A stretch of DNA of 64,000 bases, from positions 2,656,001 through 2,720,000 of the forward strand of contig OZ257156.1 of the NCBI GenBank assembly GCA_965279375.1. Reading direction: 5' to 3'. Source of the DNA: Gemmatimonas sp. GTDB taxonomy: Bacteria > Gemmatimonadota > Gemmatimonadetes > Gemmatimonadales > Gemmatimonadaceae. A program made the translations under genes and the position numbers. Each line of letters starts with the position of its first letter. Position 1 is the stretch's first letter. Below the pieces are notes generated by a model that saw only the letters and a program-made list of their open reading frames with translations, did no database searches and was not told the origin of the DNA. Positions 59,089 to 64,000 of the stretch are shown one piece after another.

Positions 59089-61362
59089 TTAAGGCACCGT
59101 GGCAGTGAACACCACCGGATTATTGGTGATGCCCGTGCCGGTCACGGTCGCCGTGAGCGTACGGGCACCCGCGCCCGCACCCATCAACCACGCCGTCGCG
59201 ACGGCATTGCCATTGATGTCCGTGAGCACCGCCTGCGAGGCCGCCCCGTTGACCGTGTGCGGACCAGAGCCGCCCGTCACGAAGGTGACCGAGACGCCGG
59301 CGACGCCGTTACCGAACTGGTCGGTCACGCGCACCGCCGGAGCCGTGGTGACCAACGTGCTCGCCACCGCCGCCTGCGACGTGGTGGTCACATTGGCCAC
59401 CGTTGCCGCTGTGAGCGCGGTACCGACGACGTACCACGTCGGCTCCGCGCCGTTCAGGTTGATGCCGCCAACCAGCGCTCGGATACGGTAGGTACCCACC
59501 GAGGTGCCAATGCGCCACGTGCCCAGCTGCGCCAGACCATCGGCCGCTGTGGTCTTCGTGAAGCCGGTGAGCACGTTCCCGCTGCCAGAGACCACTTCGA
59601 ACGTGACCACTGCTCCGATGATCGAGTTGCCGTTGGCGTCCATCACCTTGACCGTCGGCAGCTGCGTGCCCGGCACGAAGCTGTTGACCGGGAGACTGGT
59701 CAACGCACTGTCGCCCACCACCTGCACGACCGAGGCAGAACCGGCAGTGGCCGTCGCGTTGAAGATGACGTCCGGCAAGCCGAGCAGCGATGCGTTCAAC
59801 GTCTGGTTGCCCGCGATCGGGCCGAGGCGCCAGCTACCAACGGTGGCGATGCCTGCTGCATTGGTGACCACCGAGCCGTTCGTGACCGACCCGCTGTTGA
59901 CGCCCGGTGTGAACGTCACCGTGACGCCTCCAACAGGGTTTCCGCGCCCATCGCGCACGATCACCGACGGAGCCGTCAGCAGCAGCGAGCCCGACGTGGA
60001 GCTCTGATTGTTGCCGGCCGCGATGGTCATCGACGACGGAGCGCCAGGCGTGGCGGTCGCCGAGAAGGTGACCGGGCTGCCAGCAACCGTGATGCCCGTG
60101 GCCGTAGCGCGCAGGGTGTTGGTGCCCGGCGCGTCACCCAGCGTCCACGCGCCGACTGTGGCGACACCGTTGGCGTCCGTCACCGGACGACGGGCCACCG
60201 CGGAACCACCACCCGTCAGCACCTCGAACAGCACTTCCTGACCGGCGATGGGGTTTCCCAGCGCATCGGTGATGCGCACCGCCGGATCAACTGGCAGCGT
60301 GCGACCGACCTGCGCCGTCTGGTTGTTACCCGCGGAGATCGTCATGGCCGCCGCCACACCCGGGCGCGCCGTCACCGTGAAGACGATTGGGGCGAGCGTG
60401 CCCACGGTGGCCGTCAGCGTGTACGTACCCGCCGAGGCACCCACCTGCCAGCCATCAGGCGAAGCGACGCCCGACTGGTTGGTGGTCTTCACGCCGTTGA
60501 CGACGGTGGAGCCCGTCGAGGCGCTGAAGGTCACCGTCGAGCCGGCCACCGGGTTCCCCGTGGCGTCGACCACACGGATCGTCGGGATCGGCGTGACCAG
60601 CGCGCCGACCGAGGCGGTCAGTGTCGTCACGCTCTGCGCGGTGGCGGAAGCCGCCGCTCCGGCCGTGCCGTTGGCGTTGAAGGTGATCGGGTTGGACGTG
60701 ACGCCGTTGGCGACCACCAGTGCCGTCAGGCGGTTGGTGCCGGCCGCGGGGCCGAGCGTCCACGAACCAAGCGTCGCGATACCAACGCTGTTGGTGGTGG
60801 CGCCGAAGCCAGTGACCGAGCCGCCGCCGGAGGCGACGGTGAAGAAGACCGACGTGCCGTTGACCGGATTGTTGAAGCGGTCGCGTACGACGACCGCGGG
60901 AGGGATCGTCACCGCCGAGCCAGCGACCGCGCTCTGATTGTCACCAGCCTGAATGGCGACTGATGCAGGAGCGCCAGCGGTGGCCGTTGCCGTGAAGCTG
61001 GCCGCGGTCGCTACGCCGGTAACGCTGGCCGTCACGCGCTGCGGCCCCGTGGTGCCACCGAGACGCCAGCGCGTGCTGGCTTCGCCGGAGTTGTCGGTCG
61101 TGTCGACGGCGGGAGAGACCGTACCGCCACCCTCGGCGACCGCGAAGCTGACCGGAACGCCGCCGCGAGCGACGCCCTGATCGTCCGTCACTTTAACCAC
61201 GAGTGCTTCGGGGATGAGGTCACCGACGCTGCCGGTGAACTGGGAGGTGCTGACAACCGCAACCGCTGCGAGCGGGCGCGGCCCGTCGTCGCCTTTGCAG
61301 GCGGCCAGCGCGGCGGCCGACAATACCAGCGCTGACCAGGAGAGAGGAGCGCGACTCTTCAT
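59089..61362 (-). CDS. Lipoprotein of seven tandem Big_1/invasin-like Ig repeats
   Basis: Lipobox LAAC; ~100-aa repeats with AGDNQ/AGNNQ, V-x-V-x-D-x-x-GNP-V-x-G and W-x-LG. Confidence 0.85.
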   Translation of the reverse strand: MKSRAPLSWSALVLSAAALAACKGDDGPRPLAAVAVVSTSQFTGSVGDLIPEALVVKVTDDQGVARGGVPVSFAVAEGGGTVSPAVDTTDNSGEASTRWRLGGTTGPQRVTASVTGVATAASFTATATAGAPASVAIQAGDNQSAVAGSAVTIPPAVVVRDRFNNPVNGTSVFFTVASGGGSVTGFGATTNSVGIATLGSWTLGPAAGTNRLTALVVANGVTSNPITFNANGTAGAAASATAQSVTTLTASVGALVTPIPTIRVVDATGNPVAGSTVTFSASTGSTVVNGVKTTNQSGVASPDGWQVGASAGTYTLTATVGTLAPIVFTVTARPGVAAAMTISAGNNQTAQVGRTLPVDPAVRITDALGNPIAGQEVLFEVLTGGGSAVARRPVTDANGVATVGAWTLGDAPGTNTLRATATGITVAGSPVTFSATATPGAPSSMTIAAGNNQSSTSGSLLLTAPSVIVRDGRGNPVGGVTVTFTPGVNSGSVTNGSVVTNAAGIATVGSWRLGPIAGNQTLNASLLGLPDVIFNATATAGSASVVQVVGDSALTSLPVNSFVPGTQLPTVKVMDANGNSIIGAVVTFEVVSGSGNVLTGFTKTTAADGLAQLGTWRIGTSVGTYRIRALVGGINLNGAEPTWYVVGTALTAATVANVTTTSQAAVASTLVTTAPAVRVTDQFGNGVAGVSVTFVTGGSGPHTVNGAASQAVLTDINGNAVATAWLMGAGAGARTLTATVTGTGITNNPVVFTATVP

Positions 61363-61542
61363 GGGGCAATAGAGTTGTGGGCGGGAATCCCACCGGCGTA
61401 CAGTCGTAGCACCAGTGGCGGAGATGCACGCAACGTGCATTGGGGTGCTGCGTGTGACAGTAATGCAGGATTAACAAACTGGAAAGCAGCAGGGATCACA
61501 CGCGCCATCACACAAACGCCACGTTTGTAAGTGGGACGCTCT

Positions 61543-62262
61543 CTACAGGCTGTTCCGCAGCTGGGCCGGCAGTGATGTCGGCGCCAAGTGCAATGTGTGG
61601 GCCATGCTCTGCGTCAACGCGTCTTGTACGTCAGCGAGTGATGGTGTGTTGATCCCAAGTCGCTCGCATTCGCGAGCGACAGTGCTCATCTGTACGCCGT
61701 CGATTCCGCAGGGCACGGTGTGATCGAACGTCGCCAAGTCATTGGTCACATTGAGCGCCACGCCGTGCCACGTCACCCAGTCGCGGGCGTGGACGCCGAT
61801 GCTCGCCAACTTCACCACGCGACCATCGGCATCGGTTCGCCACACACCGGTCAGGCCCTCCACGCGCCCTGCCTCGAGTCCGAACGTTTCGAGGGCATCG
61901 ATGACGGCCTGCTCGATCTGACGCAGATACCAGTGCAGATCCTTTTTGTGCCGCTTGAGATCCACGATGGGGTAGGCGACCAATTGCCCCGGCTCGTGAA
62001 TGGTCACGTCGCCACCGCGCTCGACGTCGCGGAGCTGAATGCCGAGCGCACCGAGGTACTCGGGCGTGGCCAACAGATGCCCCGGCTTGGTGCTGCGCCC
62101 GAGTGTGACGACGGGCGGGTGTTCACAGAGAATCAGGAGATCCTGCGGTAACTCCCCGCTGATGCGCATGGCCGCTGCGCGTTTCTGCAGCGACCATGCG
62201 TCATCGTACGGGACGAGCCCCAGCGGGAGCGTGTAGAGCAGCTCGTCGTGCCGTGGACTCAC
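61543..62262 (-). CDS. lipB: Octanoyl/lipoyl transferase
   Basis: CEHPPVVTLGR, RGGDVTIHEPGQLVAYPI, KLASIG, HGVALNV, PCGI. Confidence 0.95.
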   Translation of the reverse strand: MSPRHDELLYTLPLGLVPYDDAWSLQKRAAAMRISGELPQDLLILCEHPPVVTLGRSTKPGHLLATPEYLGALGIQLRDVERGGDVTIHEPGQLVAYPIVDLKRHKKDLHWYLRQIEQAVIDALETFGLEAGRVEGLTGVWRTDADGRVVKLASIGVHARDWVTWHGVALNVTNDLATFDHTVPCGIDGVQMSTVARECERLGINTPSLADVQDALTQSMAHTLHLAPTSLPAQLRNSL

Positions 62263-63662
62263 GCGTGGAGCATCTTGCCCATGCTGTCGAGCACCGCCTC
62301 GCCGATCGCCTCGGAGAGCGTCGGGTGTGCGTGCACGGCCAGATCGATCTCTTCCACCGTGAACTCGTTCTCGCGGGCGACGACGAGCTCGTGAATGATC
62401 TCCGTGGCGTTTGCGCCCACGATGTGTGCACCGAGAATTTCACCGTACTTGGCATCGCGGATGATCTTCACGAAGCCGTCGGTCTCGCCGCTGGTGCGGG
62501 CGCGTCCGTTCGCCGAGAACGGGAACTTGCCGACCTTGTACTCGAGCTTCCTGTCCTTGCACTGCTGCTCGGTCAAGCCGACGGATGCAACTTCCGGATG
62601 GCAGTAGGTGCAGCTCGGAATGTTCGCATAGTTCACGAGATGCGCATGCTGGCCGCCGAGGAGATCGGCGAGCACGTGCCCTTCGCGTGAGCCCTTGTGG
62701 GCGAGCATCTGATTGCCGGCGACGTCGCCGATCGCGTAGTAGCCCGGGACGTTCGTCTCGAACTTCTCGTTGATCTTGATGAACCCGCGATCGCTCTTGG
62801 CGATGCCCACGGTTTCAAGTCCGATCTTCTCGACGTTGGGCGCGCGACCCGCGGCGACGAGGATCTTGTCCACCTCGAGCGTCTGCGCCTTGCCGCCAAC
62901 TTCGACGACCATCGTCGCGCCGGTCTTGCTGACCTTCACGCTCGTGATCTTCGCACCGGTGAGGATCTCGATCTTCCGCTTCTTGAAGGCCTTGGCCAGT
63001 TCAGCCGAGCTGTCGGCGTCTTCGATGGGAAGAATGGTCGGTGCGACTTCCACGAGGGTGACCTGCGTGCCGAACGCGTTGAACACATCGGCGAATTCGC
63101 AGCCGACGGCGCCGGCGCCGACGATCACCATGCTCTTGGGCGCCTTCTCCAGCACCAGCGCTTCATCGCTCGAGATGACCACCTGCTTGTCGAGCTCGAG
63201 GCCGGCCTGCGGGAGTCCCTTCACGCGCGAGCCGGTGGAGATCACGACAGCCTTCTTGGCCTCGTGCGTTTCCTTGGTGCCGTCGGCGAGCGTGACGGTG
63301 ACCTTCTTCCCCTTCTCGACGGTCCCTTCGCCCTTGATCCAGGCGATCTTGTTCTTCTTGAAGAGGAACTCGACGCCCTTGGAGTTCTGTTCGCTGACGC
63401 CGCGCGAGCGCTTCATCGCGACGCCGAAGTCAAGCGACACCTCGCCCACGGTCACGCCATGCTGTGCGGCGTGCTTAAGCTGGTTGGCCATGTTGGCGCT
63501 CGCGAGCAGCGCCTTGGCGGGGATGCAGCCCCACACCACGCAGGTGCCGCCGAGCTTTTCACGCTCGATGACGGCAGCGGTCAGACCGAGTTGGGCGCAG
63601 CGCAGTGCGCACACGTATCCGGCGGGACCGCCGCCAAGAATGATGACGTCGTAGGCAGCCAT
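62259..63662 (-). CDS. lpdA: Dihydrolipoamide dehydrogenase
   Basis: GGGPAGY, GGTCVVWGCIP, HAHPTLSE. Confidence 0.96.
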   Translation of the reverse strand: MAAYDVIILGGGPAGYVCALRCAQLGLTAAVIEREKLGGTCVVWGCIPAKALLASANMANQLKHAAQHGVTVGEVSLDFGVAMKRSRGVSEQNSKGVEFLFKKNKIAWIKGEGTVEKGKKVTVTLADGTKETHEAKKAVVISTGSRVKGLPQAGLELDKQVVISSDEALVLEKAPKSMVIVGAGAVGCEFADVFNAFGTQVTLVEVAPTILPIEDADSSAELAKAFKKRKIEILTGAKITSVKVSKTGATMVVEVGGKAQTLEVDKILVAAGRAPNVEKIGLETVGIAKSDRGFIKINEKFETNVPGYYAIGDVAGNQMLAHKGSREGHVLADLLGGQHAHLVNYANIPSCTYCHPEVASVGLTEQQCKDRKLEYKVGKFPFSANGRARTSGETDGFVKIIRDAKYGEILGAHIVGANATEIIHELVVARENEFTVEEIDLAVHAHPTLSEAIGEAVLDSMGKMLHA

Positions 63663-63835
63663 AAAAATCGGAAGGCGGAATCAGCGTGCGGCGCGGAAGT
63701 CGCGCCGAATCGGCCGTGAATCGACGCGCCGTCGATTGAATACCGATGGCGAATCGAGCGTGCGGAAAGATACCGCGCGGAGGCCGCGCGCGAGTACCTC
63801 TCCGGCACGTCCGCTTTCGATTGGCTACTGCCTGA

Positions 63836-64000
63836 CTACTGCTTGACCACCGACCGCACGCCGTCGCTGAACACCACTTCGACCGCTCGTCCGTTGGTCG
63901 CGACCAGGTCACCCGAGTTGCGCACGAAGCCCATGAGCGCGCCCGTGGACGCATCTCGTACCATGGCCATCGGGAAGGCCTGCGTGTTCCAGCGCAGCTG
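63836..64000 (-). CDS. C-terminal end of a CDS entering from beyond the window
   Basis: Open frame QLRWNTQAFPMAMVRDASTGALMGFVRNSGDLVATNGRAVEVVFSDGVRSVVKQ* with normal codon bias. Confidence 0.6.
   Translation of the reverse strand, partial: QLRWNTQAFPMAMVRDASTGALMGFVRNSGDLVATNGRAVEVVFSDGVRSVVKQ

Overview
High-GC bacterial chromosomal window. The gene content (SusC/SusD, LPS Kdo transferase, many Ig-like lipoproteins, AraC regulators with receiver-like domains) suggests Gemmatimonadota, but that is an inference. The housekeeping backbone is: 5' part of rho, six tRNAs, a sigma-70 factor, atpAGDC, waaA, dnaE-accA-ricT-metG, a UvrD-type helicase and lpdA-lipB. Envelope and accessory loci are: a TonB receptor with a YnjBCD/YnjF-like operon, a SusCD locus without CAZymes, a TPM/nucleotidyltransferase/LemA operon, a type IV minor-pilin cluster and two very large Ig-repeat lipoproteins. 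Two loci stand out. (1) A ~1 kb transposase-free cassette (47447-48457) in which a four-helix-bundle (IVS/Avd-like) gene is flanked by two ~94% identical 221-bp direct repeats. Each repeat is a long hairpin with ~29-bp terminal inverted repeats and is preceded by 27-bp tandem units. (2) A TPR protein, a tiny secreted lipopeptide and an AraC regulator (1154-3483) that together resemble a peptide-signalling module. All calls come from reading motifs by eye; no database searches were run.
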